Positions 28,942 to 39,158 of a stretch of DNA of 64,000 nucleotides are shown here, piece after piece. Positions within the stretch are counted from its first letter, which is position 1, and every line of letters begins with the position of its first letter. The DNA lies in assembly GCA_041690695.1 (NCBI GenBank), contig JBEPVZ010000002.1:1454-65453 (forward strand). Direction: 5' to 3'. The notes under the pieces were generated by a model. That model saw nothing but the letters and a program-made list of their open reading frames with translations. It had not been told where the DNA came from and did no database searches. A program made the position numbers and the translations under genes. The DNA comes from Candidatus Daviesbacteria bacterium (GTDB lineage Bacteria > Patescibacteriota > Microgenomatia > Daviesbacterales > UBA10151).

Positions 28942-29939
28942 TGCCGCTTGTGACGATTTCAATTACGGTTTGGAATGGTTTAGAAGATACTAAAAAATGT
29001 CTAAAAACTCTATCGGCGATAACTTATAAGCCAACTGAAATAATAATTGTTGATAATGGCTCAGCTGATGGAACCGTTGAGTATATTCGTAAGAATTATC
29101 CTAAAGTTAAAGTGTATGAAAATGGATTAAATCTTGGATTTACTGGAGGACATAATCGAGCTATTCAATATGCTAAAGGTAAATACTTCTTGCTTTTAAA
29201 TAATGATATTGAAGTTGAGCCCGGCTTTCTGGAACCACTGGTTAAAGATCTTGAAGGTAATAAAAAACTAGCTGCTGTCCAAAGTAAGACCTATTTATCT
29301 AAAAATCAGCTGGATAACACTGGATCTTTTCTAACTCCACTTGGTTTTTTAAAGCACTATGGTTTTAAACAAACCGATAGCCCCGAATATGATATAGCCA
29401 AAAAAGTCTTTTCACCAAAGGCGGCTTGTTTACTAATCACCAAACAAGCTATTGATAGATTCGGATTATTTGATAACGATTATTTTGCTTATTTTGAAGA
29501 AACAGATTGGGCGTGGAGAATTTATCTGACAGGCTTAGAAATTATGTTTGAACCTCAGTCAAAAGTTTTACATAAGCTAGGTAAAACTAGTACCAGGCTT
29601 CCATATAGTTTTATTTATTTTCATTCCTCTAAGAATACTATTCGATCAATTATTAAAAATACGGGATTTAAATCGTTATTATATATGTTACCCTTGCACC
29701 TGCTAGCCCTAAATTTTATTGGTCTGACATTCTTACTTCAAGGTAAGACTGGGATGTTTTTTAGCGTCATTAAAGCTCAGATTTGGAATATAAGTCATCT
29801 TTTTCGGACTTTAAAGCTAAGAGCGAATGTTCAAAACATCAGAAAAGTTTCAGATAAAGAGCTTTTTAATTTTATTATGGAACCTTTAAATCTTAAAAAT
29901 AGTTTTAAACAATACCTTCAGATTCGTAAAAATTCCTGA
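28938..29939 (+). CDS. GT2 glycosyltransferase (start revised to ATGA overlap at 28938)
   Basis: TVWNG, VDNGSADG, NLGFTGGHN, LLNND, FAYFEETD. Confidence 0.9.
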   Translation: MMPLVTISITVWNGLEDTKKCLKTLSAITYKPTEIIIVDNGSADGTVEYIRKNYPKVKVYENGLNLGFTGGHNRAIQYAKGKYFLLLNNDIEVEPGFLEPLVKDLEGNKKLAAVQSKTYLSKNQLDNTGSFLTPLGFLKHYGFKQTDSPEYDIAKKVFSPKAACLLITKQAIDRFGLFDNDYFAYFEETDWAWRIYLTGLEIMFEPQSKVLHKLGKTSTRLPYSFIYFHSSKNTIRSIIKNTGFKSLLYMLPLHLLALNFIGLTFLLQGKTGMFFSVIKAQIWNISHLFRTLKLRANVQNIRKVSDKELFNFIMEPLNLKNSFKQYLQIRKNS

Positions 29940-29947
29940 GAATTAAT

Positions 29948-31249
29948 ATGGCAAAATCCTCTCAGACAGTTGCGATTATTGGAGCCGGCTTTACCGGGTT
30001 AAGTGCCGCTGTTCGATTAAGTAAGTTAGGCTATAAAGTCAGTATTTTTGAATTTTCTGACCAACCAGGAGGTTTGGCACTGGGCTTTAAAGACCGTAGG
30101 TGGAAATGGACACTTGAGCATCATTATCATCACCTTTTTGCAACTGATAAATCTATTCAAAATTTGGCTAAAGAAGTTGATTACAAAATTCATTATGTCA
30201 GACCAAAAACTTCAACTTATTCGCAAAATGTCATCTCTCAGATTGATTCACCGATAAGTTTACTTTGTTTTAGTGGTTTATCGCTTGTGAGTAGGGTAAG
30301 AACTGGTTTAATATTATTTTTACTAAAAATTACACCAATTTGGCAGCCGCTCGAAAAAATTACGGTTAAAGTATTTGTCTTAAAAACAATGGGTAGAGAA
30401 TCTTGGAGGGTACTTTGGCAACCTCTCATGGATAAAAAGTTTGGCAACTTCTCAAATCGGATTCCGGCCTCTTGGTTCTGGGCTAGAATAAAATCTCGGA
30501 CAGCCAGCCTTGGTTATCCGGACCGTGGGTTTTTATCATTTGCACAATCAATTGCTAAAGTTGTCAAAAATAATAATGGACAAATATTTTATTCAACTGC
30601 GATTACGAGCATTTCTGAATTTGAAGATAAAATTAAATTAACGACTCAAACCAATAAACAATATTACTTTGATCAAGTAATTTGTACTTTACCGACAGGA
30701 TTATATCTAAAGATTACCGATGGCTTACCAACAAAATATAGACGTCAGATTAAAAAACTTGAAGGAATTGGGGCAGCCAATCTAGTTTTGTCATTAAAAA
30801 AGAAATTTTTAAATGATGGGACTTACTGGTTAAATATTAACGATCGAAAATTTCCGTTTTTGGCCGTTGTGGAACACACCAATTTCATGGACGCTAAAAA
30901 TTATAACAATGAAAAGATTATTTATGTAGGAAGTTATTTAAACACCACTAGAAAAAACTTTCAAAAATCAGACAAAGATTTATTAAAGATTTATCTACCA
31001 TATTTAAAAATTATTAATCCAGAATTTAATTTATCCTGGATTAATAAATCGTGGTTGTATAAAGCCAATTTTGCGCAGCCAATTATTTCGAAAGGTTATT
31101 CAAAGCAAATCCCAGCTATACAAACACCAATTGATCGATTATATTTAGCTAATATTCAGCAGGTCTATCCGTGGGATAGAGGAACAAACTATGCTGTCCA
31201 ATTAGGTGAAAAGGTTGCAAAAATAGTCCATGACAAAAATTATAACTAA
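29948..31249 (+). CDS. FAD-dependent oxidoreductase (protoporphyrinogen-oxidase/UGM-like family seen in glycan loci)
   Basis: IIGAGFTGLSAA dinucleotide-binding motif, E....GGLA, YHH.F..D, AQP, YPWDRG.NYAV. Confidence 0.85.
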   Translation: MAKSSQTVAIIGAGFTGLSAAVRLSKLGYKVSIFEFSDQPGGLALGFKDRRWKWTLEHHYHHLFATDKSIQNLAKEVDYKIHYVRPKTSTYSQNVISQIDSPISLLCFSGLSLVSRVRTGLILFLLKITPIWQPLEKITVKVFVLKTMGRESWRVLWQPLMDKKFGNFSNRIPASWFWARIKSRTASLGYPDRGFLSFAQSIAKVVKNNNGQIFYSTAITSISEFEDKIKLTTQTNKQYYFDQVICTLPTGLYLKITDGLPTKYRRQIKKLEGIGAANLVLSLKKKFLNDGTYWLNINDRKFPFLAVVEHTNFMDAKNYNNEKIIYVGSYLNTTRKNFQKSDKDLLKIYLPYLKIINPEFNLSWINKSWLYKANFAQPIISKGYSKQIPAIQTPIDRLYLANIQQVYPWDRGTNYAVQLGEKVAKIVHDKNYN

Positions 31250-31985
31250 ACGTCCGAGTCAATCTTTTGAAATCTTAAATGGCTTGATGAAAGAGTCCAT
31301 TAAATTATTTTTTAAGCTACCCATTATTCAAGATAAAACGATTAACGATAAACCTGCTCAAAAAATAGTTAAACTTTACTCGAAAGGTGAGTATGCTGGG
31401 TTATCAACAAAAATTCGTTTTTGGGATGCTCCTCTTAATGAAATTGAAAAAAGGGTACCAAAACAGGGGACAATTTTAGATTTAGGATGTGGTGAGGGGA
31501 TTTTTAGTAACTATTTGGGGTTATCATCTCCAAGGCGCAAAGTAATTGGTATCGAATTTAATAAAATTAGAGTTAAAACGGCTGACCATGGGGTTAAAAA
31601 TGTGAAATTTCAGTATGGTAACGTTATAACTAAACCATTACCAAAATCTGACTCAATCGTTTTAGGCCATATGTTACATCACCTTCAATCTAAGAAGGAT
31701 CAAGTTAACGTACTGAAAAGGTGTTATCAAAGCCTTAATAAAAAAGGTTATCTAGTAATTGCTGAAGTTGATAAAAGCTTAACTTTAAAATATTTATTAG
31801 GTTGGATTACAGATGTTGTGATTGTACCAATCTTATTTGAAAAACAATTTTATGATCATAATATATTTCATAGAAGTCAAAAAGACTGGAAACAACTTCT
31901 TGAAAAAACGGGTTTTAAAGTAACGAGTATGGAATTGATTAAAAGTGGTCCTTTTCCTGATCTAATAATTGTGGCCAGAAAGTGA
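31230..31985 (+). CDS. Class I SAM-dependent methyltransferase
   Basis: ILDLGCGEG, GIE, MLHHL, L...GYLVIAE. Confidence 0.85.
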   Translation: MTKIITKRPSQSFEILNGLMKESIKLFFKLPIIQDKTINDKPAQKIVKLYSKGEYAGLSTKIRFWDAPLNEIEKRVPKQGTILDLGCGEGIFSNYLGLSSPRRKVIGIEFNKIRVKTADHGVKNVKFQYGNVITKPLPKSDSIVLGHMLHHLQSKKDQVNVLKRCYQSLNKKGYLVIAEVDKSLTLKYLLGWITDVVIVPILFEKQFYDHNIFHRSQKDWKQLLEKTGFKVTSMELIKSGPFPDLIIVARK

Positions 31986-34207
31986 ATAAGGTTTGGCAGT
32001 TTTTTGTATCAATAGATAGATGGTTAGTTGCTATTCTTCTTTTGGCAATATTTCTCCGATTCGATGGTTCTCGGCCAGGTTATAACTTATTTCATAGTGA
32101 TGAGCCTTTTATTTATGGGAATGCTGTCGAAATGTTTTTGGCGAGTTCGATTAAGCCTGACCGATTTGATTATCCAGCAACAACAGCAATAATTAATACT
32201 TTTTTTTATCGGATAATCTTTGTGCCTTTAAACCTAGGTTCATATTATATTCAACATATTTCGGAAATTAGAGAGCATAGTTTGCATTTCAGAATGTCCT
32301 CAACCGAATTTGATCATTTTTTTAAAACAAAGATCTTAGGGGAGAGAGAAGCCAACGCCATTTATTGGTCACGTGATATTACCGGCCTATTTGGAATTGG
32401 TGTAGTTTTAATTATTTACTTAGTTGCGAAAAGGTTATTTACAAAAAAAGTGGGTTTAATTGCAAGTTTATTAACTGCAGTTAATTACCGCCAAGTTTTA
32501 AATAGCCATTTAGCTTTGCCAGATATTTATAATGCTTTTTTTCTACTACTAGCCCTATATACCGCATTAAACTTATTAACGAATAGAACCACTAAAAACT
32601 TTGTAGTAGCAGGTATTACTGCTGGTTTATCTTTTTCAATAAAGTATCAAATCTTTAGTTTTATACCATTACTTTTAATTTGTCTTTTTAACGCTTTTGA
32701 GAAAAGAGCATGGTCTGATAAATTTAAAACGTTTTTTGACTGGCGAGTCCTATTCATGCCACTGATTGGCATCATAGTTTTTGCTATTTTTAATCCATAC
32801 TTTTTTAAGGATTGGCAAACTGCGCACCAACAACTTAGTTATCTAGCAATTAAATATAGAACAGGAAAAGACTTTTTAGATTTTTATCCGCTATCATATC
32901 TTTATTATATTGGGATTGGCCAATTAACTTCTTTGTTAGTCCTGTTTGGGCTTGGCATCGGATTTTATAAGCATTTAAAAAAGACACTAATCGTTTTGTC
33001 CTTAATAATACCTTTCTTTTTTGTGACTATTTTTTATACCGGTGGTGGGTTTTATACTAGAAACTTTGTTACGATAACACCTTTATTACTACTTTTTGCT
33101 TCTGTGGGGTTAGTCCAGATTAGCTCTATTTGGAAAACTAAAATAAATATAATTTTAGTTGGATTGTTACTTTTAGGACTGACTTATGAAAATATCGCTA
33201 AAGATTTAATTTTAGATCAAGAATATAACAAACCCTGGAATAATCAGTTAATAAATGACTTTATAAAAAATGATATCCCAAATGGATCGGTTATTGCAGC
33301 CGGATCTTTAATTTCTATACCTGATTCGGATCAGAAACTTCAATATGATTATAATAATTTATTTTCAGTAGATGAATTCCGTGACGCGGGGGCGACTTAT
33401 GCCGTAACTAATTTAGAAGCAATTAATGATAGATTTTATTGGTGGATGACTCAATCGACAAAGATTTCACTTAAGTTTTGGAATAAACCTGTGAATATTT
33501 TAGAAAATACCTATCCAGCAATGACAATCAGGGAATTACAGTCCTCAGCTATTTTTGAAGCAATTAAGCCTTGGATGGCTCCCGATACAACTTATATTGC
33601 GGCAAAAGTTCCGCGATATAGTTCAGATTTACTCGGATCACCAATTGATTTTAGTTTTAATAAAGATACGGATGGTTGGACTCAGTCGGGTAAGCTTTGG
33701 TATGGTGACACCAATTTAGGGCTAGGTAACGATAGTTTGTCTATTCAAAAAGTTAACACTATTAGTTCACCGAACTTGGGTTGGCAATCTCCGATAGTTG
33801 ATGTGACTGATTGGCCCGGTTTTACAATTAACTATACAATTGAAACATCCTCATCAAATAGTCAGGCTAAAGATGGTATTGTCGTTGCCCAGTTTTACCT
33901 TAATAAGGATGATGCGCTGAATTCAGTTAATAGAATTGGAGTCAGATTAAGCAGTCGCAATAATAAGTTAAATAGCTGGGTTAATAAGCAGTTAGTTGGG
34001 TTAGTACCATCGGTGGCTAAATTTATGACTATAAAATTTATTGCTTATCCAACATATAGCGTTGATCCTGATGGATATTCAAATATTTACTTAAAAAATA
34101 TCACAATATATAAGTCAAAAACAGCAGTTAATTATAATGGCTGGAAAGTAACACCAGTTAATTTAAGTTCAGATGATCTTTTCTACTTTAGTCAAAGCAA
34201 TTTATAG
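31982..34207 (+). CDS. GT-C glycosyltransferase (PMT-like) with C-terminal beta-rich CBM-like domain
   Basis: GTG start overlapping upstream TGA; FHSDEP, YP, SHLALPD, SIKY, YTRN; about 300-aa soluble C-terminus. Confidence 0.8.
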   Translation: MNKVWQFFVSIDRWLVAILLLAIFLRFDGSRPGYNLFHSDEPFIYGNAVEMFLASSIKPDRFDYPATTAIINTFFYRIIFVPLNLGSYYIQHISEIREHSLHFRMSSTEFDHFFKTKILGEREANAIYWSRDITGLFGIGVVLIIYLVAKRLFTKKVGLIASLLTAVNYRQVLNSHLALPDIYNAFFLLLALYTALNLLTNRTTKNFVVAGITAGLSFSIKYQIFSFIPLLLICLFNAFEKRAWSDKFKTFFDWRVLFMPLIGIIVFAIFNPYFFKDWQTAHQQLSYLAIKYRTGKDFLDFYPLSYLYYIGIGQLTSLLVLFGLGIGFYKHLKKTLIVLSLIIPFFFVTIFYTGGGFYTRNFVTITPLLLLFASVGLVQISSIWKTKINIILVGLLLLGLTYENIAKDLILDQEYNKPWNNQLINDFIKNDIPNGSVIAAGSLISIPDSDQKLQYDYNNLFSVDEFRDAGATYAVTNLEAINDRFYWWMTQSTKISLKFWNKPVNILENTYPAMTIRELQSSAIFEAIKPWMAPDTTYIAAKVPRYSSDLLGSPIDFSFNKDTDGWTQSGKLWYGDTNLGLGNDSLSIQKVNTISSPNLGWQSPIVDVTDWPGFTINYTIETSSSNSQAKDGIVVAQFYLNKDDALNSVNRIGVRLSSRNNKLNSWVNKQLVGLVPSVAKFMTIKFIAYPTYSVDPDGYSNIYLKNITIYKSKTAVNYNGWKVTPVNLSSDDLFYFSQSNL

Positions 34208-34235
34208 ATGACTATTCTTTTGGAATAAAGAAAGG

Positions 34236-34241
34236 TAAACT
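34236..34241 (+). promoter_or_regulatory. Possible -10 box TAAACT, 7 nt before ATG 34249
   Basis: TAnnnT at leaderless spacing in a 41-bp gap; -35 is weak. Confidence 0.35.
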
Positions 34242-34248
34242 TGAAAAA

Positions 34249-35214
34249 ATGAAAGGCTATCCGAAAGTCTCAATAATTATTCCTTTATACGTTATTGAAG
34301 ATCGTTTTTTTGACGATCTTAAAAAATTTGAGAAACTAAAATATCCTAATTATGAGATTTTAGTGGTTTGTCATAAAAATATTAAACTAACAAACTCAAA
34401 AGCTCGTCTAATTAAAACTGGTTCAAAGCCAACTGGACCAGCTGAAAAACGAGATCTAGCCTTAAAGTATGCCAAGGGTTCATTTTGTGCTTTTATTGAT
34501 GATGATGCCTATCCCGATCCCGGTTGGCTGACTGATTTAGTTCGTGAGTTTAAAAATCCCAACATTGCAGCTGTTGGTGGACCAGGATTAACACCTCCTG
34601 AAGATTCCTTTTGGTCACAGATGACGGGTTTAGTTTACCAATCTTTTTTTTGCGGTGGACCTACTCAACATAGATTTACGAAGTCTAAAAAAAGATATGT
34701 TAACGATTACCCAGCCTACAATTTAATTGTTAGAACAGCAATTTTAAAAAAAGTCGGGGGTTATGGGAGCTATTTCTATGGTGGGGAAGATACGTTCTTA
34801 TGTTTAAAAATTATCAAGGCAGGTTATAAAATTTTATATAGTCCTAAATTTGTTGTTTATCACCATCGCCGACCTTTATTCAAATCTTACTTGAAGCAAA
34901 TTGCAAATGTTGGAAAACATCGGGGTTATTTCGCTAAAAAATTTCCAGAAACTTCACGTCATTGGGCATACTTTATACCCTCGATCTTAACACTTGGTTT
35001 TATTTGTTTGTTACTGCTGTCTCTTTTTAATATAAGATTCCTGTTTTTATTTGGGTTAATATTTATACTCCTATTTTTAATAGGAATTTTACCTGAAGTT
35101 AGAAAGGTTAAAATTTGGGAATTGCCAATAATTGGAGTAAGTATTGTTTTGACTCATTTGGCGTATGGCTGGTCTTTCATGAAAGGTTTGGGGGTTAAAA
35201 AACTAGATGTCTAA
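34249..35214 (+). CDS. GT2 glycosyltransferase with C-terminal TM helices
   Basis: SIIIP, GPAEKRD, FIDDDA, GGED, HHRR, hydrophobic C-terminus. Confidence 0.9.
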   Translation: MKGYPKVSIIIPLYVIEDRFFDDLKKFEKLKYPNYEILVVCHKNIKLTNSKARLIKTGSKPTGPAEKRDLALKYAKGSFCAFIDDDAYPDPGWLTDLVREFKNPNIAAVGGPGLTPPEDSFWSQMTGLVYQSFFCGGPTQHRFTKSKKRYVNDYPAYNLIVRTAILKKVGGYGSYFYGGEDTFLCLKIIKAGYKILYSPKFVVYHHRRPLFKSYLKQIANVGKHRGYFAKKFPETSRHWAYFIPSILTLGFICLLLLSLFNIRFLFLFGLIFILLFLIGILPEVRKVKIWELPIIGVSIVLTHLAYGWSFMKGLGVKKLDV

Positions 35215-36196
35215 TATATTAAAGATTGATATTTCAGTAATAATTCCCGTTTTTAATGAAGCAGAAAGGATTGCTCGATGTTTAGAAAGCATTAGAAATC
35301 AGAATTACTCTCAAAATAGAATTGAAATAATTTTAATCGACGATTTCTCAACAGATCAAACATTAAAAATTGCTAAGAAGTATCACGTCAAAGTTTACAA
35401 GAATGGTTCACACAATATTGAAAAAGGGAAAAGCATTGGACTTGAACATGCTGGTGGAGAATTCGTCTTTTTTATTGATGCAGATAATTATTTAACTTCT
35501 CGAGATTGGTTTCAGAATGCTAGCTTAATTTTGAAAAAAAACTCAAAAGTTGTGGGTGTCCAATCGTATAAATACTTATATAAGTCGTCAGATCCTATTG
35601 TAAACCGATATTGTGCTTTGTTTGGTATAAATGATCCATTAGTGTTTTATCTTGGTAAGAGAGGTCAACTCCAAGCATATGAAAATAGTTGGATTTACCC
35701 GGAAACGCTATTAAAAGAAAACAAGCTTTTTTACTTAGCTAAATTTAATTCTGATAATTTACCAACAGTTGGTTCCCAGGGATATTTGACTAGAAAGAAT
35801 TTACTTTCAAAAACTGATTGGAAACCTTATTTATTTCATTTAGATTCGGCCCATGATTTAGTGTCCCAAGATAAAAATACTTTTGCATTTATTAAATATG
35901 AGATTGGACATGATTATGTTACTTCAATCGGTGATTTGATTAAAAAGTGGCAACGTAATATAAATCTTTATTATAAGTATGCTGAATTGCGAAGATATAA
36001 ATATCAGATTGATAAATTAAAATTAATCTTAATTCTTTTAATGATGATAACGATTGTTGGTCCGTTAATAGATAGTTTAAAAGGTTTTATCAAAAAAAGA
36101 GATCTAGCTTGGTTTTTACACCCATTGCTCTGTTTAATTGTGGTATTCATATATGGAAAAGAGACTATAAAAGCGTTAAACTATAAGTCAAATTGA
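35207..36196 (+). CDS. GT2 glycosyltransferase with C-terminal TM helices
   Basis: SVIIPVFNE, IDDFSTD, FIDADN. Confidence 0.9.
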   Translation: MSNILKIDISVIIPVFNEAERIARCLESIRNQNYSQNRIEIILIDDFSTDQTLKIAKKYHVKVYKNGSHNIEKGKSIGLEHAGGEFVFFIDADNYLTSRDWFQNASLILKKNSKVVGVQSYKYLYKSSDPIVNRYCALFGINDPLVFYLGKRGQLQAYENSWIYPETLLKENKLFYLAKFNSDNLPTVGSQGYLTRKNLLSKTDWKPYLFHLDSAHDLVSQDKNTFAFIKYEIGHDYVTSIGDLIKKWQRNINLYYKYAELRRYKYQIDKLKLILILLMMITIVGPLIDSLKGFIKKRDLAWFLHPLLCLIVVFIYGKETIKALNYKSN

Positions 36197-36206
36197 GTTT
36201 AGAACA

Positions 36207-36950
36207 ATGATTAATAAATTAAACGATAAATTTTATACAGATATCTATAGTCAGCAGACCGAAGACAAAAGTGATTTTCGCCAGATGGAATATTTATATC
36301 AGAGAATTCGATCGGTCTTGAAAAATCCAAAAACTATTTTAGATGTAGGTTGTGGTATTGGAACTTTTGGAGTAATTATAAAAAATCATCTACACAGTAA
36401 TGTATCCGGATTAGATATTAATAAAAAGGCTGTTGATACGGCTAGAAAAAGAGGTATTAAAGCTAGTATCTCTGATATTGAGGGCAAGTGGCCGATCAAA
36501 AATAACCAATTTGAACTTGTGTCACTTGTTCAAGTGATTGAACATGTTATGAATCCCGATCATTTGCTTCAAGAAGCGAATAGAGTTCTTAAAAATAATG
36601 GCTACTTAGTTATCGCAACTCCTAATTTAGCAGCTTGGTATAATCGGATCTTACTCCCTCTTGGTTTTCAGCCTTTTTTAACAGAAGTAAGTACTTTAGA
36701 TAAAACTTTAGGAATGAAGTTCATTCGTAAATTAACAAGTAACCGTCAACCATTAGGACATTTAAGAGTCTTTACACTCAGAGGCCTAAAAGATCTATTA
36801 GAGCATCATGGTTATAAAATTATATTGATTAAGGGTGGTAAACAAAGTTATTTTCCCCGTCTAATGCAAGGTATCGATTGGTTAATGTCTTTTTATCCTG
36901 CGCTGTCAACCGATCTAATTATTGTTGCCCAGAAAATCCGAGTAAAATAG
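36207..36950 (+). CDS. Class I SAM-dependent methyltransferase (Methyltransf_11-like)
   Basis: [37 protein letters not shown]. Confidence 0.9.
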   Translation: MINKLNDKFYTDIYSQQTEDKSDFRQMEYLYQRIRSVLKNPKTILDVGCGIGTFGVIIKNHLHSNVSGLDINKKAVDTARKRGIKASISDIEGKWPIKNNQFELVSLVQVIEHVMNPDHLLQEANRVLKNNGYLVIATPNLAAWYNRILLPLGFQPFLTEVSTLDKTLGMKFIRKLTSNRQPLGHLRVFTLRGLKDLLEHHGYKIILIKGGKQSYFPRLMQGIDWLMSFYPALSTDLIIVAQKIRVK

Positions 36951-36964
36951 GTGACTTCAAGGCT

Positions 36965-37546
36965 ATGAAACTTAAATATTTCGTCGGGCGGATTATCTTT
37001 AAAGTTCAGGCTGAGTATAAAAAAAGTCAATTAATTGAAGTTGGAAAGTATACCTATGGTCGACCAAAAGTAATTTATTACGGTGGGCCGGGCAAGGTTA
37101 TCGTTGGAAGCTTTTGCTCCATTGCTAAAAATACAACCTTTATTCTGACCGGAGGACATCGTCCGGAATGGATATCTGCGTATCCTTTCCCAAGCTTAAG
37201 TAATATCTGGCCATCTGCAAGAACAATTAAAAACTCAGTTTGTTATAAAGGAAATATTGTTATTGGTCATGATGTCTGGATAGGTTATGGTGCCACTGTC
37301 TTAGAGGGGGTTACGATAGGGGATGGAGCGATTATTGGAGCGATGTCTGTTGTTACAAAAGATGTCGCATCGTATTCTATAGTGGGGGGGAATCCCGCCA
37401 AGTTAATTAGAAAAAGATTTAGCGACCAGCAAATTAAAAAATTGATTAGATTAAAATGGTGGAATTGGCCAACGCGTAAGATTCTAAAAAGTATTCCATT
37501 ACTATGTAATTCAATCGATAATCTTGAGAAGCTGAGCCATGTTTAA
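36965..37546 (+). CDS. Hexapeptide-repeat O-acetyltransferase (CatB/Vat XAT family; start revised to MKLKYF)
   Basis: VGKYTYG, GSFCSIA, H....[29 protein letters not shown]. Confidence 0.9.
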   Translation: MKLKYFVGRIIFKVQAEYKKSQLIEVGKYTYGRPKVIYYGGPGKVIVGSFCSIAKNTTFILTGGHRPEWISAYPFPSLSNIWPSARTIKNSVCYKGNIVIGHDVWIGYGATVLEGVTIGDGAIIGAMSVVTKDVASYSIVGGNPAKLIRKRFSDQQIKKLIRLKWWNWPTRKILKSIPLLCNSIDNLEKLSHV

Positions 37547-39158
37547 TAAATATTTAAAATTTTTTGTAGGTGGAGCGATCCTTTTAGGTATTCTTGTTTA
37601 TCTTCCTTTATGGAATGGATACTTCATTCAAGATGAGTGGCAACTTTTTTCAATTTTTGATTCATATAATAATCAAGGAGTTTTTCAGACTTTTTTATCA
37701 TTTATTATTCCACAACCTGGTCAATATGTACCAATTGCCCAAATTTTGGCATATGGAACATTCTTATTTTTTAAACTCAATTATTTAGGCTATTTTTTAA
37801 TCGGTATTGCTTTGCACTTTATTGTGGCTACATTACTTGCATATCTAGTCTATAGGTTAACTTTAAAGAAAGGATTTGGTGTATTGGCTGGATTATTATT
37901 TTTAATCTCACCTAGTCATTTTCAAGCTACTTCTTGGATTATCGCTAATTTTGGCTATAGCGGGGCAATGATCTTATTTTTATTAGGGCTAATTTTTTAT
38001 TTTAAATGGCTAGATTCAAATAATTTTAAAGATGCAATCCGAGCAGCCTTATTTTTATTTGGATCTTTATTGGCTAAGGAAATTACTATTTTTATTTTTA
38101 TTGCTTTACCGATCTTAACTTATGTATGGACCCAAAATAGGAAGAAAACTCTTCAAACTTTTTGGATTATTATCCCCGTTTTCTTATTTGCAATTTGGCA
38201 TTTTCTTTTTTTGAAGTTTAATCCAACTCCAGACTTGTCGGTCCATCCTTTAAATTTAGGCAATTTATTATCTCTTCCTTTTCGGGCAGTAGCCCAATCT
38301 TTGATTCCTGATCAATGGATTTACCACATTGCGGTTTATCTTGGTCGTCAGCACTTTCTCTTAAATCATATTGCTGCACTCAGAACTAACTTTGATACAG
38401 TTACTCAATCGACGGGCGCGTTAATAATTGTTTTAATTATTAATTTAATTATGTTTATTGGAGGAGTATTTATATATCGGAAAAATCGTTTATTGTTTAA
38501 AATGTATCTCTCTGGGATTATTTTGACAGCTTTATCAAGCTTTCCTTATATTTATGTAGATACAGCCAGATTCTCACTATTGCAGCCACGCTATGTGTAT
38601 ATGGGGGTAGCCTGTATGAGTTTGTCCGTGATTGCATTACTTGAGACGCTTTTAAAAGTAAATCGAAAAGCTACCTTTTTATTGGGTTTTATAATTATCA
38701 TGAGTTTTAGTTTGGCGACTTATAATAATTCACGGGGCTTGGCGAATGAGGGTATTATTAGAAAATCTTTACTAAAAGCCATTTCAAATTCTATTCCACA
38801 AAATTCAAATCAAACAATTATTTATATTGAATCAGATTCACCATATTATGGACTGGTCGAGAGTGTTCATATTTTGCCATTCCAAAATGGTTTAGGAAAA
38901 ACTTTAGCTATATATTTAGCAGATAAAGTTTATATTCCTCCAGTTGTTTATGTTTCAAATACATTATGGCCTATTCAAAGTCAAGGTGTTTTTTATAATC
39001 AATACGGTGCTTTTGGATACTTTAGAGACTACAACACCCTTAAAGAAGCTGTTTTGATACAAAAGCTCTCCCCCGAAAACATTTACGCTTTTTCATGGCA
39101 TGATACAACTCAAGCCTTACAGAATATTAGTCAACAAGTCAGAGAATCTTTAAAATGA
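37539..39158 (+). CDS. GT-C-fold membrane glycosyltransferase
   Basis: YFIQDEW first-loop acidic motif, YVP, LHF, SLLAKE, RYVY; multi-TM plus soluble C-terminus. Confidence 0.7.
   Translation: MFNKYLKFFVGGAILLGILVYLPLWNGYFIQDEWQLFSIFDSYNNQGVFQTFLSFIIPQPGQYVPIAQILAYGTFLFFKLNYLGYFLIGIALHFIVATLLAYLVYRLTLKKGFGVLAGLLFLISPSHFQATSWIIANFGYSGAMILFLLGLIFYFKWLDSNNFKDAIRAALFLFGSLLAKEITIFIFIALPILTYVWTQNRKKTLQTFWIIIPVFLFAIWHFLFLKFNPTPDLSVHPLNLGNLLSLPFRAVAQSLIPDQWIYHIAVYLGRQHFLLNHIAALRTNFDTVTQSTGALIIVLIINLIMFIGGVFIYRKNRLLFKMYLSGIILTALSSFPYIYVDTARFSLLQPRYVYMGVACMSLSVIALLETLLKVNRKATFLLGFIIIMSFSLATYNNSRGLANEGIIRKSLLKAISNSIPQNSNQTIIYIESDSPYYGLVESVHILPFQNGLGKTLAIYLADKVYIPPVVYVSNTLWPIQSQGVFYNQYGAFGYFRDYNTLKEAVLIQKLSPENIYAFSWHDTTQALQNISQQVRESLK

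Noticed and set aside
36965-37546. Vat/CatB-like gene as an antibiotic-resistance determinant
   Set aside because: The XAT fold is shared with sugar O-acetyltransferases, the gene is embedded in a glycan operon and there is no mobile context.
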